From: Rickettsiales bacterium
GTDB lineage: Bacteria > Pseudomonadota > Alphaproteobacteria > Rickettsiales > JABSSG01
Assembly (NCBI GenBank): GCA_020049805.1
Contig: JAGVLN010000013.1
Span: 3,286-67,285, forward strand
Direction of reading: 5' to 3'
Length of the DNA stretch: 64,000 bases
The translations under genes were made by a program, and so were the position numbers. The notes below the pieces were generated by a model, which had not been told where the DNA came from, did not search any database, and worked only from the letters and a program-made list of their open reading frames with translations. Shown here piece after piece: positions 30,994 to 40,511 of this stretch. Numbering within the stretch: position 1 is the first letter of the stretch; the number at the start of each line of letters is the position of its first letter.

Positions 30994-32274
30994 TTATACT
31001 ACGTTATATTTTTTATTATACTGCATTATTCTGCGTTCAATTTCTCCTCGAAAATGTCTTATTAGCCCTTGTATAGGCCAAGCAGCAGCATCACCTAAAG
31101 CGCAAATTGTATGGCCTTCAATTTGTTTAGAAACGTCTAAGAGTCTGTCAATTTCTTCTACCCTAGCATTCCCCTGCACTAATCTCATCATCACTCGCCA
31201 CATCCAACCTGTACCTTCACGACAAGGAGTGCATTGACCACAAGATTCGTGCATATAAAATTTACTTAATCGAGCTATGGCATACACTATATCGGTAGAT
31301 TTATCCATAACAATTACCCCACCTGTACCTAAAGCAGTGTTTTCTGCTCTGAGACTATCAAAATCCATATGTACATATTCACAAACAGATTTAGGAATTA
31401 ATGGTACTGACGACCCCCCTGGAATTACTGCCAATAAATTCTGCCATCCACCTCTTACACCTCCAGCATATTTTTCTATTAATTCTTTAAGAGGTATACC
31501 CATCTCTTCTTCGACATTGCATGGTTTATTTACATGCCCAGAAATACAAAACAGCTTAGTACCAACATTATTTGCCTTACCTAAAGAAGAAAACCAGGCC
31601 GGTCCCCTACGTAAAATCGTTGGCACCACTGCTAATGATTCCACATTATTAATTGTTGTAGGGCATCCATATAAACCAACACCAGCAGGAAAAGGTGGTT
31701 TTAACCTTGGCATACCTTTTCTACCACTCAAACTTTCTAATAATGCGGTCTCTTCACCACAAATATACGCACCTGCACCACGATGCAAGTAAATATCACA
31801 ATCAAAGCCAGATTTACATGCATTGTTACCAATCAAACCTGCTTCATATGCTTCATCTATTGCTTTTTGCAACTGGATTGCTTCATTATAAAATTCTCCA
31901 CGAATATAAATATAAGCAACATTCGCTTGAATCGCATAACACGCGATTAAAATTCCTTCTAATAATTTGTGTGGTTCATGACGCATAATATCACGATCCT
32001 TGGCTGTACCAGGTTCACCTTCATCAGCATTAATAACCAAATAATGCGGATTAATTTTTTCTTTCGGCATGAATGACCATTTCATACCAGTATTAAACCC
32101 AGCTCCTCCTCTACCCCTTAATCCTGAGCTTTTAACTTCTTCAATAAGCGCTAGTCGATCTTTAGTTAAAAATTTCTTGGTATTATCCCAATCACCTCGC
32201 TTTTTAGCAGATGCTAAATCAGCTCCTAAGAACCCATATAAATTAAGAAATATTTTATCCTTTTCTGCTAGCAT
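30994..32274 (-). CDS. nuoF: NADH-quinone oxidoreductase subunit F
   Basis: [16 protein letters not shown] (FMN/NADH site) and [12 protein letters not shown] (N3 cluster). Confidence 0.95.
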   Translation of the reverse strand: MLAEKDKIFLNLYGFLGADLASAKKRGDWDNTKKFLTKDRLALIEEVKSSGLRGRGGAGFNTGMKWSFMPKEKINPHYLVINADEGEPGTAKDRDIMRHEPHKLLEGILIACYAIQANVAYIYIRGEFYNEAIQLQKAIDEAYEAGLIGNNACKSGFDCDIYLHRGAGAYICGEETALLESLSGRKGMPRLKPPFPAGVGLYGCPTTINNVESLAVVPTILRRGPAWFSSLGKANNVGTKLFCISGHVNKPCNVEEEMGIPLKELIEKYAGGVRGGWQNLLAVIPGGSSVPLIPKSVCEYVHMDFDSLRAENTALGTGGVIVMDKSTDIVYAIARLSKFYMHESCGQCTPCREGTGWMWRVMMRLVQGNARVEEIDRLLDVSKQIEGHTICALGDAAAWPIQGLIRHFRGEIERRIMQYNKKYNVV

Positions 32275-32277
32275 ATA

Positions 32278-32835
32278 TTAATTTTCCTTAGGTTCAGAAC
32301 TACATCTACCAATTTGAGAACCATATTTTATTTTTTTACCTTGCTTAAGAGCAGTGATTATTTTACGCATACTATCTTTATTCAAATCTTCATAGTAGTC
32401 GTTATTAATTTGAACAACCGGTGCATTGACACAAGCACATAAGCATTCCACCTCAGATAAAGTGAACATACCATCCGAAGTTGTTTCGCCTTCTTCTATG
32501 CCTAATTCCTTTTTACAAACTGTCATGATTTCCTCTGCACCACGTAACCAACAAGGTGTGGTACCACAAACTTGAATACGGTATTTTCCTACTGGCTTAA
32601 GATTATACATAGTATAAAAACTAGCCACCTCATATACACGAATTGGTGCCATTTCAAGAATATTGGCTATATAATCCATAGCTTCTTTAGTTAACCAGCC
32701 TCCTATTTGTTCCTGTGCAAGATGCAATAATGGTAAAACTGCACTTGCTTTATTTGCTGGAGGATATTTAGCTATAACCTCTTTCGCTTTAGCCATATTC
32801 GTCTTTGTAAACTCAAATTCTTTACTATCTACCAT
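32278..32835 (-). CDS. nuoE: NADH-quinone oxidoreductase subunit E
   Basis: 185 aa, 2Fe-2S ligands in VCGTTPCWLRG and CLCACVNAP. Confidence 0.93.
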   Translation of the reverse strand: MVDSKEFEFTKTNMAKAKEVIAKYPPANKASAVLPLLHLAQEQIGGWLTKEAMDYIANILEMAPIRVYEVASFYTMYNLKPVGKYRIQVCGTTPCWLRGAEEIMTVCKKELGIEEGETTSDGMFTLSEVECLCACVNAPVVQINNDYYEDLNKDSMRKIITALKQGKKIKYGSQIGRCSSEPKEN

Positions 32836-32842
32836 TTAAAAC

Positions 32843-34024
32843 TTACCTATCAATCTCGCCAAAAACTATATCTAAACTACCAATAATTGTTACTACATCT
32901 GCAAGCATATGCCCCTTAGACATAAAATCTAAACCTTGTAAATGCGCAAAACCTGGCCCCTTAATACGACAACGATATGGTGAATTAGTACCATCAGCAA
33001 CTAAATACACCCCAAACTCTCCCTTAGGAGCCTCTACAGCAGCATATACTTCTCCTGCTGGCACATGATATCCTTCTGTATATAATTTAAAATGATGAAT
33101 CAATGCTTCCATCGAATGTTTCATTTCAGATCTGGAAGGAGGAACAACTTTTCGGTCTAAACTTTTTACTGGCCCTCCTGGCATTTTTTCGATACATTGC
33201 TTAATAATTCTAAGAGATTGATACATTTCTTCAACCCTTATCAAATAACGATCATAACAATCACCATTCTTACCAACTGGAATATCAAATTCAAGTTCAG
33301 AATATACTTCATATGGTTGAGACCTACGCAGATCCCAAGGTATACCAGACCCTCTTAACATAGGACCGCTAAATCCCCAATCTTGAGCTTGTTCAGGTGT
33401 AACTATGCCTATATCAACTAATCTTTGTTTCCAAATACGACTATCTGTTAATAATGTTTCAGTATCAGCTAAGATTTTTGGAAAACCTTCAGCAAATTCA
33501 GATATCTTTTCTAGCAAACCGGAAGGTAAATCTTGCGTTACTCCCCCAGGACGAAAATAAGCAGCATGCATTCTTGCACCAGAAACTTGTTCATAAAATT
33601 GCATGATTTTTTCACGTTCTTCAAACAACCATAATAAGGGTGTAGTAGCACCAACATCAAGTGCTTGGGTAGTAATATTCAAACAATGATTTAATATCCT
33701 GGTTAATTCGCTAAATAATACCCTAATATATTGAGCTCTAATCGGCACTTCGCATTTTAATAACCTCTCTACAGCTAAAGCAAAACTATGCTCCTGACAC
33801 ATAGGAGACACATAATCCAACCTATCAAAATATGGAATAGCTTGTAGATAAGTTTTATGTTCAATTAGTTTTTCAGTCCCACGATGCAATAAACCAATAT
33901 GAGGATCTGCCCTAGTAATCACTTCTCCATCTAATTCTAAAATTAGTCTTAATACACCATGTGCTGCTGGATGCTGTGGGCCAAAATTTAATGTTACGCT
34001 TTTAAATTCATTTTTAGTTTCCAT
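32843..34024 (-). CDS. nuoD: NADH-quinone oxidoreductase subunit D
   Basis: [27 protein letters not shown] and C-terminal DIVFGEIDR. Confidence 0.95.
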   Translation of the reverse strand: METKNEFKSVTLNFGPQHPAAHGVLRLILELDGEVITRADPHIGLLHRGTEKLIEHKTYLQAIPYFDRLDYVSPMCQEHSFALAVERLLKCEVPIRAQYIRVLFSELTRILNHCLNITTQALDVGATTPLLWLFEEREKIMQFYEQVSGARMHAAYFRPGGVTQDLPSGLLEKISEFAEGFPKILADTETLLTDSRIWKQRLVDIGIVTPEQAQDWGFSGPMLRGSGIPWDLRRSQPYEVYSELEFDIPVGKNGDCYDRYLIRVEEMYQSLRIIKQCIEKMPGGPVKSLDRKVVPPSRSEMKHSMEALIHHFKLYTEGYHVPAGEVYAAVEAPKGEFGVYLVADGTNSPYRCRIKGPGFAHLQGLDFMSKGHMLADVVTIIGSLDIVFGEIDR

Positions 34025-34636
34025 TTATTTCTGCTCTTTAGCCTTTTCATCACCAGGTAAGACGTATTTAGTACCTTCCCACGGGCTTAAAAAATCAAAA
34101 TTTCTAAACTCTTGAGTTAAATTAACTGGTTCATATATTACTTTTTTCTTTTCTATATCGTAACGCACTTCTTTAAATCCAGTAAGAGGAAAATCCTTAC
34201 GCAAAGGATGACCTTCAAAATCATAATCAGTTAATATTCTTCTTAAATCAGGATTATTATGAAATTTAATACCATACATATCCCATACTTCTCTTTCATA
34301 CCATACCGCACAGCTGAAGATACTAGTAATACTATCAATAATTTCTTTATCTGCGATGCCTACTTGTAATATTATTCTGAAATTATGTCTTAAGCTTAAT
34401 AAGTTGTATAACACCTCAAATCTTTTCACCCTATCTGGGTAATCTACTGCGAATAAGTCAGTTAGGACCGTACAAAGAAATCTCTCATCCTCTTTAAGCA
34501 TAGATAATATAAGCTTTAGCTTATTTCGATCATTTAATTTTATAACGATAAATCCCGGTATGCAGTCACAAGAAATTGCTTTACCAAAATTTTTTGTTAA
34601 TAAAGAAGATAAGATCTCTAGTTTTTTTTCTTCCAT
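34025..34636 (-). CDS. nuoC: NADH-quinone oxidoreductase subunit C
   Basis: 203 aa. WYEREVWDMYGIKFHNNPDLRRILTDY. Confidence 0.93.
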   Translation of the reverse strand: MEEKKLEILSSLLTKNFGKAISCDCIPGFIVIKLNDRNKLKLILSMLKEDERFLCTVLTDLFAVDYPDRVKRFEVLYNLLSLRHNFRIILQVGIADKEIIDSITSIFSCAVWYEREVWDMYGIKFHNNPDLRRILTDYDFEGHPLRKDFPLTGFKEVRYDIEKKKVIYEPVNLTQEFRNFDFLSPWEGTKYVLPGDEKAKEQK

Positions 34637-34652
34637 TATATAAATACAATTA

Positions 34653-35180
34653 CTATCTATTGATTCTTCCTGAGCGCTGAATTTTTCGTTTCAACACCAT
34701 TATCCCATACAATAAAGCTTCAGCAGTGGGTGGACATCCCGGAACATATACATCTACAGGCACTATTCTATCACATCCTCGTACTACTGAATAAGAGTAA
34801 TGATAATATCCTCCACCATTGGCACAACTGCCCATTGAAATTACGTATCTAGGCTCTGCCATTTGATCATAAACCTTACGTAACGCTGGAGCCATTTTAT
34901 TAGTTAAAGTTCCTGATACAATCATCAAATCTGACTGTCTAGGACTAGGCCTAAACAATAATCCAAAACGATCCATATCATATCTACTAGCCGCGCATTG
35001 CATCATTTCTACAGCACAACAAGCTAAACCGAAAGTCATTGGCCATAATGAACCTGCTCTAGCCCAATTTGCAACATCCTCAAGCTTAGTTAAAACATAG
35101 CCTCGATTATTTATACTATCATTAAATTCTGAAAGAATAGCATCTTGATCTAAAGAAGATTGTAGTTGCGTTTTACTCAT
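34653..35180 (-). CDS. nuoB: NADH-quinone oxidoreductase subunit B
   Basis: [20 protein letters not shown] and VPGCPP (N2 cluster ligands). The preferred start ATG at 35180 gives a TAATG overlap with the nuoA stop. The track ORF extends to 35207. Confidence 0.93.
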   Translation of the reverse strand: MSKTQLQSSLDQDAILSEFNDSINNRGYVLTKLEDVANWARAGSLWPMTFGLACCAVEMMQCAASRYDMDRFGLLFRPSPRQSDLMIVSGTLTNKMAPALRKVYDQMAEPRYVISMGSCANGGGYYHYSYSVVRGCDRIVPVDVYVPGCPPTAEALLYGIMVLKRKIQRSGRINR

Positions 35181-35554
35181 TACCAATCTAGAGCTCCCTT
35201 TTTCCATTCATAGAAAAAACCAACGGTCAAAATAAATAAAAATATTATCATCGACCAAAAACCATATAGGCCTATTTTTCCTAAAGTAATTGCCCATGGG
35301 AATAAAAACATTATCTCGATGTCAAAAATTATAAATAATATTGCTACCAAATAAAATTTAACGTCAAACTTACCTCTAGCATCACTAAAAGGCTCAAAAC
35401 CGCATTCGTAACTAGAAAGTTTTTCAGCATCCGGTTTATGTGTTGCCAGGAAAAAAGGTATACAAATCATAATTGTAGATAAAACTGTGGCTAAACCTAA
35501 AAAAACTAAAATAGGCAAATATTGCACAATGTAATTTGGTACTTCACTAAACAT
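35180..35554 (-). CDS. nuoA: NADH-quinone oxidoreductase subunit A
   Basis: 124 aa, three TM helices. YECGFEPF and [14 protein letters not shown]. Confidence 0.93.
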   Translation of the reverse strand: MFSEVPNYIVQYLPILVFLGLATVLSTIMICIPFFLATHKPDAEKLSSYECGFEPFSDARGKFDVKFYLVAILFIIFDIEIMFLFPWAITLGKIGLYGFWSMIIFLFILTVGFFYEWKKGALDW

Positions 35555-35617
35555 TTCTATAACCTTTTTAATAAATTAATTATTAGCATAAAAAATTTAT
35601 AAACACAAATTTTAGAT

Positions 35618-35693
35618 TGGTGTGCCCGACAGGATTTGAACCTGTGACCTACTGATTAAAAGTCAGTTGCTCTACCGGCTGAGCTACGGGCAC
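35618..35693 (-). tRNA. tRNA-Lys (anticodon UUU), CCA encoded
   Basis: Reverse complement reads GTGCCCGTAGCTCAGCCGGTAGAGCAACTGACTTTTAATCAGTAGGTCACAGGTTCAAATCCTGTCGGGCACACCA. It has a 7-bp acceptor stem (GTGCCCG/CGGGCAC), a D arm GCTC..GAGC and anticodon stem ACTGA/TCAGT with loop CTTTTAA. The T arm is CAGGTTCAAATCCTG. Confidence 0.93.
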
Positions 35694-35737
35694 ATTGCAC
35701 ATTATAGAAAAGCCCTTTCTTGTATGATAAAAATTCC

Positions 35738-35754
35738 TATAGTTGTCAACTATA
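35738..35754. repeat. Perfect 8-1-8 palindrome TATAGTTG-T-CAACTATA in the tRNA-Lys/nuo versus kdsB divergent spacer
   Basis: All eight arm positions pair (35738-35745 with 35747-35754). The minus strand reads TTGACA inside it. Confidence 0.6.
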
Positions 35755-35855
35755 AACATTCAATATCTTAAAAAAAAGATTTAAACTATTAAGTTTTCCT
35801 TTATTATACATACTATATTATAAAAGCAATGAATTATTCACATTTAATCTAAATT

Positions 35856-36608
35856 ATGACAAATACCTGCATCTTTATACCATCAAGATTAAAAGCAACT
35901 AGATTGCCAAACAAGCCTATACTAACAATCGGAAACAAACCAATGATTTGCCATGTAGTTGATCGCGCTAAAGAAGCCAATATTGGTGAAGTAGTAGTAG
36001 CTACCGATTCATATGAGATTTTACAAATACTAGAAAATTACAACACAAAATGTGTAATGACTGATCCGAATCATCAATCTGGTTCCGACCGAATATTTGA
36101 AGCATTAGAAAAAGTTGATCCACATAAAAACTTAGATTTTGTAATTAACTTACAAGGCGATATGCCTTTTATTCATGCTGATTCCATTAGGACTTTACAT
36201 AAATTTGACCAAAAATCAAAAGCTGACATAAATACTTTAGTTACTCAATTAACCGCTCCAGATAAAATCGCCATGAAAAGTGTTACTAAAGTGGCTATTT
36301 CTTTTAAAGACCTAGAAAAAACTTGGGGCCAAGCTTTGTATTTTTCTCGTGAAGCTATCCCCTATAATTCCAATCCATATTACGAACATTTAGGGATATA
36401 TGCTTTTAAGAGAGAATCATTAAAAAAATTTATCAATTTGCCTCCATCTCCTCTTGAGTTATTAGAAAAACTTGAGCAATTACGTGCTCTAGAAAATGAC
36501 ATGACTATAAATGTAACCGTAGTTAATGACCACCCTATTAGCGTTGATGTCCAAGAAGATTTAGATATGGCTATAGATTATTTTGAGAAAAACAAGAACA
36601 AATTATAG
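35856..36608 (+). CDS. kdsB: 3-deoxy-manno-octulosonate cytidylyltransferase (CMP-Kdo synthetase)
   Basis: IIPSRLKATRLPNKPIL, QSGSDRIFEAL, NLQGDMPFI and HLGIYAFKRESL. Confidence 0.9.
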   Translation: MTNTCIFIPSRLKATRLPNKPILTIGNKPMICHVVDRAKEANIGEVVVATDSYEILQILENYNTKCVMTDPNHQSGSDRIFEALEKVDPHKNLDFVINLQGDMPFIHADSIRTLHKFDQKSKADINTLVTQLTAPDKIAMKSVTKVAISFKDLEKTWGQALYFSREAIPYNSNPYYEHLGIYAFKRESLKKFINLPPSPLELLEKLEQLRALENDMTINVTVVNDHPISVDVQEDLDMAIDYFEKNKNKL

Positions 36609-37871
36609 TATTTTTTCTTGACCATTCATATACGATCTAAGCACTTGCGGAATAGTAATTGAACCATCAGCATTTTGATAATTCTCTAAAATTGCTACAA
36701 TAGTTCTGCCAATTGCTAGCCCTGAACCGTTTATAGTAAATAAGTAATTAGTTTCCTTATTTTGATCGCGATACTTGGCTTTCATTCTTCGAGCCTGAAA
36801 TTGGCCAAAAATTGAACAACTGGAAATTTCGCGATATTTATCCTGACCAGGTAACCAAACTTCTAAATCAAAAGTTTTCGCTGATGAAAAACCCGTATCA
36901 CCTGAGCATAATAACATTACTCTATATGGTAACTCTAATCGCTTTAAAATCTCTTCCGCGGCATTTAACATTTTCTCATATTCTTTATAATAATTTTCTT
37001 GATCACTAATACAAACCAACTCAACTTTACTAAATTGGTGCATACGAATCATGCCACGTGTATCTTTACCAGCGCTACCAGCTTCAGATCTAAAGCAATT
37101 AGAAAAGGCAGTAAATCTTAATGGAAGCTCTGCTTGATTGATAATTTTACCAGCTACTAAATTAGTCAACGATACTTCTGAAGTTGGAATTAAACGATAA
37201 CCGTTAGTAGTTTGAAAAGAGTCTTCAGCAAATTTGGGTAACTGTCCTACCCCATACATAGCTTGATCCCTAACCAATACTGGTGGTGAGACTTCCATAT
37301 ACCCATACTCTTTAGTATGAATATCTAACATAAAATTTGCTAGCGCTCGCTCCATTCTTGCTAAATCAGCTTTTAAAGTAACGAACCTGCTCCCTGAAAT
37401 AACAGCTGTTTGTTCAAAATCCATCATTCCTAAATTTTCACCAAGTTCAAAATGCTGCTTAGGTTGAAAATCAAATTTAGGTAAAGCGCCCCATTTTCTT
37501 ACTTCTACATTGTTATTTTCATCAGCACCTACGGGTACATCATCTTCTAAAAGATTAGGCAAAACTTCTAAAACAGCTCTTAATTTTGATTCTAATTCTT
37601 CAATTTTATGGTTAAGCTTTTCAATATCATTATTTATGACCTCTACTGCTTTCTTAGCATTAGTAAATTCACTACCTGACTTATCCTTAATATGACCAAT
37701 TTCTTTTGATTTATTATTGCGTTCTTGTTGTAGCTGTTGCAACTCTGTAATTAACTTACGACGTTGTTCATCAATTTCTACGACTTCTCCAGATGAAGGC
37801 TTGAAGCTGCGCTTAATCAATCCTTGGTTAAATTCTTCAGGATTATTTCTGATCCAATTAATATCATGCAT
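36603..37871 (-). CDS. serS: Serine--tRNA ligase
   Basis: N-terminal coiled-coil arm. Class II motifs (FRSEAGSAGKDTRGMIRMHQF, NGSGLAIGRT). 6-nt convergent overlap with kdsB. Confidence 0.94.
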   Translation of the reverse strand: MHDINWIRNNPEEFNQGLIKRSFKPSSGEVVEIDEQRRKLITELQQLQQERNNKSKEIGHIKDKSGSEFTNAKKAVEVINNDIEKLNHKIEELESKLRAVLEVLPNLLEDDVPVGADENNNVEVRKWGALPKFDFQPKQHFELGENLGMMDFEQTAVISGSRFVTLKADLARMERALANFMLDIHTKEYGYMEVSPPVLVRDQAMYGVGQLPKFAEDSFQTTNGYRLIPTSEVSLTNLVAGKIINQAELPLRFTAFSNCFRSEAGSAGKDTRGMIRMHQFSKVELVCISDQENYYKEYEKMLNAAEEILKRLELPYRVMLLCSGDTGFSSAKTFDLEVWLPGQDKYREISSCSIFGQFQARRMKAKYRDQNKETNYLFTINGSGLAIGRTIVAILENYQNADGSITIPQVLRSYMNGQEKIL

Positions 37872-37880
37872 AAATTTTAC

Positions 37881-38636
37881 CTATTTTTTTGCCATCATTT
37901 TGCAAGCTAAGATCGATAATTCGTATAGTAAAATTAAAACTAAAGCAAGACCAATTTGGCTAAAAACGTCTGGTGGTGTTACGATAGCGGCAATTACAAA
38001 AATAACAATTATTGCCAATCTCCTTTTAGCTACCAAAGTATCTATAGAAATTAATCCCATTCGTACAAATAATGTAATAATCACTGGTAACTGAAAAGCC
38101 ACTCCAAAAACCATTATTAATTGAATAACTAAAGATAAATATTCGCTAACCCTAGCCTCTAACTTGATCGGCATTGTATCAGGAATCTGTGGCGTTTCAA
38201 AACTCAATAAAAAGGACCAAGCAGCAGGAAAAACAAATTGATATACAAAAATTATACCGAAAATAAATAATATTGGCGTAATAAGCATATATGGGCCTAT
38301 CACCATCTTTTCTTTTTTTAACAAGCCTGGAGCTATAAACAGATAAATTTGACACAAAAAAAATGGAAAAGAAATGAGTAAAGCACTGTAAAAAGCCAAC
38401 TCCAAATAAGTAAAAAAGGCCTCGGTTAAGCCTGTATAAATCAAATTACGCTGTTCCCCTTTATTTTGATAATAATCAACAAGTGGCTGCAATAAAAAAC
38501 GATATATATCTTCAATGTAATAATAACATACAGCAAAAACTGCCAGAAATACCAATACCGACCATAATAATTTTGTTTTTAACACTAAAAAATGCTCTAA
38601 CAGTGTCATATCTTTATTTAAGTTTTTTCTAGCCAT
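37881..38636 (-). CDS. tatC: Twin-arginine translocase subunit TatC
   Basis: 251 aa, six TM helices. MTLLEHFLVLKTKLLWS and FFLCQIYLFIAPGLLKKEK. The tatC-serS adjacency is typical of alphaproteobacteria. Confidence 0.9.
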   Translation of the reverse strand: MARKNLNKDMTLLEHFLVLKTKLLWSVLVFLAVFAVCYYYIEDIYRFLLQPLVDYYQNKGEQRNLIYTGLTEAFFTYLELAFYSALLISFPFFLCQIYLFIAPGLLKKEKMVIGPYMLITPILFIFGIIFVYQFVFPAAWSFLLSFETPQIPDTMPIKLEARVSEYLSLVIQLIMVFGVAFQLPVIITLFVRMGLISIDTLVAKRRLAIIVIFVIAAIVTPPDVFSQIGLALVLILLYELSILACKMMAKK

Positions 38637-38729
38637 TTGATTTAATTCTTACGTTTTTAACCATTTATTAATCTAATTCTTAAATAATTAAAATAGCATA
38701 AGTTTAAACAAATCAATAGTGAGAAAATT

Positions 38730-39020
38730 ATGTCAGGTGGTGAAGGTGGAACAATATTTGATTCATTATGGAATCCTTCTAATATGGGATTTTGCAATAT
38801 GCAAAGAACCTTAGAAGATGTATCTCAAAGCCCTACATTAAATATGTTTTTTCCATTTGCATCATTACTTTCATCGGAAGTACTTTTTGAAAAATATCAT
38901 CTACCAGGCGTGTTTGGTAAGGCAACCAACTTAGGAAACATACTTCCTGGCCTTTTAAGTGCAGCTAATTTAGAGGGTTTTGGTATATTTGCAAAAAAAG
39001 GTGGAGGCCGAAGCCACTAG
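38730..39020 (+). CDS. Orphan 96-aa ORF, hypothetical (may be non-coding)
   Basis: It is the only ORF of any length in the 390-bp gap between yajQ and tatC. A/T-rich third positions like real genes, but a weak RBS. Its last 8 codons are the complement of the yajQ terminator hairpin. No recognisable motif. Confidence 0.3.
   Translation: MSGGEGGTIFDSLWNPSNMGFCNMQRTLEDVSQSPTLNMFFPFASLLSSEVLFEKYHLPGVFGKATNLGNILPGLLSAANLEGFGIFAKKGGGRSH
38993..39017 (-). terminator. Rho-independent terminator of nrdAB-yajQ (minus strand)
   Basis: Minus strand reads GUGGCUUCGGCCUCCAC followed by C and U7 (plus-strand A7 at 38993-38999), beginning 10 nt after the yajQ stop. Confidence 0.55.
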
Positions 39021-39026
39021 TTTGCA

Positions 39027-39512
39027 CTAATCTCGAAAGTTAATAAATTGTAATGGCAAATCTATTTTTAAGCCCTTAACAAAAGCAATAACTTCCTGCA
39101 AATCATCTCTTTTCTTGCCTTCAACACGTACTTCTTCACCCCTTATTGAAGCTTGAGCTTTAAATTTCTGAGCTTTAATCTCTTTAATGATTTTCTTAGC
39201 GGTATCACTATCGATACCTTGTTTAACTTTAACTATTTGCCGCAAAGTATTACCTGAAGCTTTCTGTTCTTTTTCAAATTCTAAAGCTTTAGCATCTATT
39301 TTACGTCTAGTAATATGTACTTTAAGGAGATCATGGATTGCGTTTAACTTATAATCATCATCAGCAATAATTGTAATCTCTGCTTCTTTGCGTTCAATAC
39401 TAGAAGCACTACCCTTAAAATCATAACGTTGAGCGATTTCTTTTTTTACTGATTGCACCGCATTTTCAACTTCTTGTAAATCTGTCTTAGATACTATGTC
39501 GAAACTCGGCAT
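39027..39512 (-). CDS. yajQ: YajQ family nucleotide-binding protein (UPF0234)
   Basis: MPSFDIVSKTDLQEVENAV...RYDFKG is the canonical YajQ N-terminus. 161 aa. Confidence 0.9.
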   Translation of the reverse strand: MPSFDIVSKTDLQEVENAVQSVKKEIAQRYDFKGSASSIERKEAEITIIADDDYKLNAIHDLLKVHITRRKIDAKALEFEKEQKASGNTLRQIVKVKQGIDSDTAKKIIKEIKAQKFKAQASIRGEEVRVEGKKRDDLQEVIAFVKGLKIDLPLQFINFRD

Positions 39513-40483
39513 TCTTCATCCATCCTTTCAAATACTTCCTCCCACGTACCAGTAGTGGCAGCTTTAGAATATTCTGTTACCCTGCTTTCAAAAAAGTTAG
39601 CATGCTCAACCCCGTTTAGAATCTCATCTAACCATGGTAACGGGTTACTATCAGTTAGATAAATTTCTTTTAACCCAAGTTGCATCAACCTTCTATCAGC
39701 AATAAACCTAATATACTGCTTTACTTCACGCCCTGTCAATCCTTCTATGTCTCCTACTTCAAAAGCAAGGTCTATAAAGGCATCTTCAAAATGCACAATA
39801 GTAGCACATGCTTCATAAATTTGACTACGCACTTGTTCAGTCCAAACTTCAGGATATTCCTGAATAAAAGTTCTAAACAATTTAATAATGGAATTAGTAT
39901 GCAGAGTTTCATCCCGCACAGACCAAGTAACAATTTGGCCCATACCTTTCATTTTATTAAAACGTTGGAAATTCAATAAAATAGCGAATGAAGCAAAAAG
40001 CTGTAAACCTTCTGTAAATGCACCGAATACTGCTAAAGTTATAGCAATAGCTTCTTTACTATCAACATTAAACTTGTGCATATAATCATATTTATCACGC
40101 ATTTGTTTATATTTTAAGAAAGCTTGATACTCAGTTTCTGGCATACCAATAGTATCTAATAAATGCGAATAAGCAGCAATATGTACGGTCTCTATATTAG
40201 AAAAAGCTGCTAACATCATTTGGATTTCGGTTGGTTGAAATACTTTTGAATAATTACGCATATAACAATTATTAACTTCAATATCAGCTTGCGTAAAAAA
40301 GCGAAAAATTTGAGTCAAAAGATGTTTTTCCCCCGGAGTAAGATTATGTTTCCAGTCTTTAACATCATCTGCTAGGGGCACCTCTTCTGGCAACCAATGA
40401 ATCTTTTGCTGCATTAACCACGCATCATATGCCCATGGGTAAAGAAAAGGTTTATAAATTGGTTTTGCGTCTAAAAGTGGCAT
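39494..40483 (-). CDS. nrdB: Ribonucleoside-diphosphate reductase subunit beta (class I)
   Basis: Di-iron/radical region FSNIETVHIAAYSHLL (E..H....Y). Second ligand set VRDETLH. 19-nt overlap with the yajQ start. Confidence 0.9.
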   Translation of the reverse strand: MPLLDAKPIYKPFLYPWAYDAWLMQQKIHWLPEEVPLADDVKDWKHNLTPGEKHLLTQIFRFFTQADIEVNNCYMRNYSKVFQPTEIQMMLAAFSNIETVHIAAYSHLLDTIGMPETEYQAFLKYKQMRDKYDYMHKFNVDSKEAIAITLAVFGAFTEGLQLFASFAILLNFQRFNKMKGMGQIVTWSVRDETLHTNSIIKLFRTFIQEYPEVWTEQVRSQIYEACATIVHFEDAFIDLAFEVGDIEGLTGREVKQYIRFIADRRLMQLGLKEIYLTDSNPLPWLDEILNGVEHANFFESRVTEYSKAATTGTWEEVFERMDEECRVST

Positions 40484-40511
40484 TTTTTACTCCTTAAAGT
40501 TTATCTAATTA

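Noticed and set aside
31277-31792. 171-aa plus-strand ORF inside nuoF. Similar long antisense ORFs occur at 30298-30657, 26947-27327, 25535-25840, 22116-22412, 19947-20270, 46109-46546 and 63018-63320.
   Set aside because: All lie entirely antisense to strongly conserved genes, have no RBS or recognisable motifs, and have low-complexity compositions. They are typical shadow ORFs.
35555-35855. Checked the tRNA-Lys flanks for an integrated element (integrase gene, direct repeat of the tRNA 3' end).
   Set aside because: Core genes (nuoA 63 nt away, kdsB 162 nt away) flank the tRNA directly. No integrase or att-like duplicate is visible.
37717-38094. 125-aa plus-strand ORF spanning the serS start and the tatC end.
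   Set aside because: It is antisense to two conserved genes and crosses their intergenic gap. It is Cys/Ser-rich low-complexity sequence and probably spurious.
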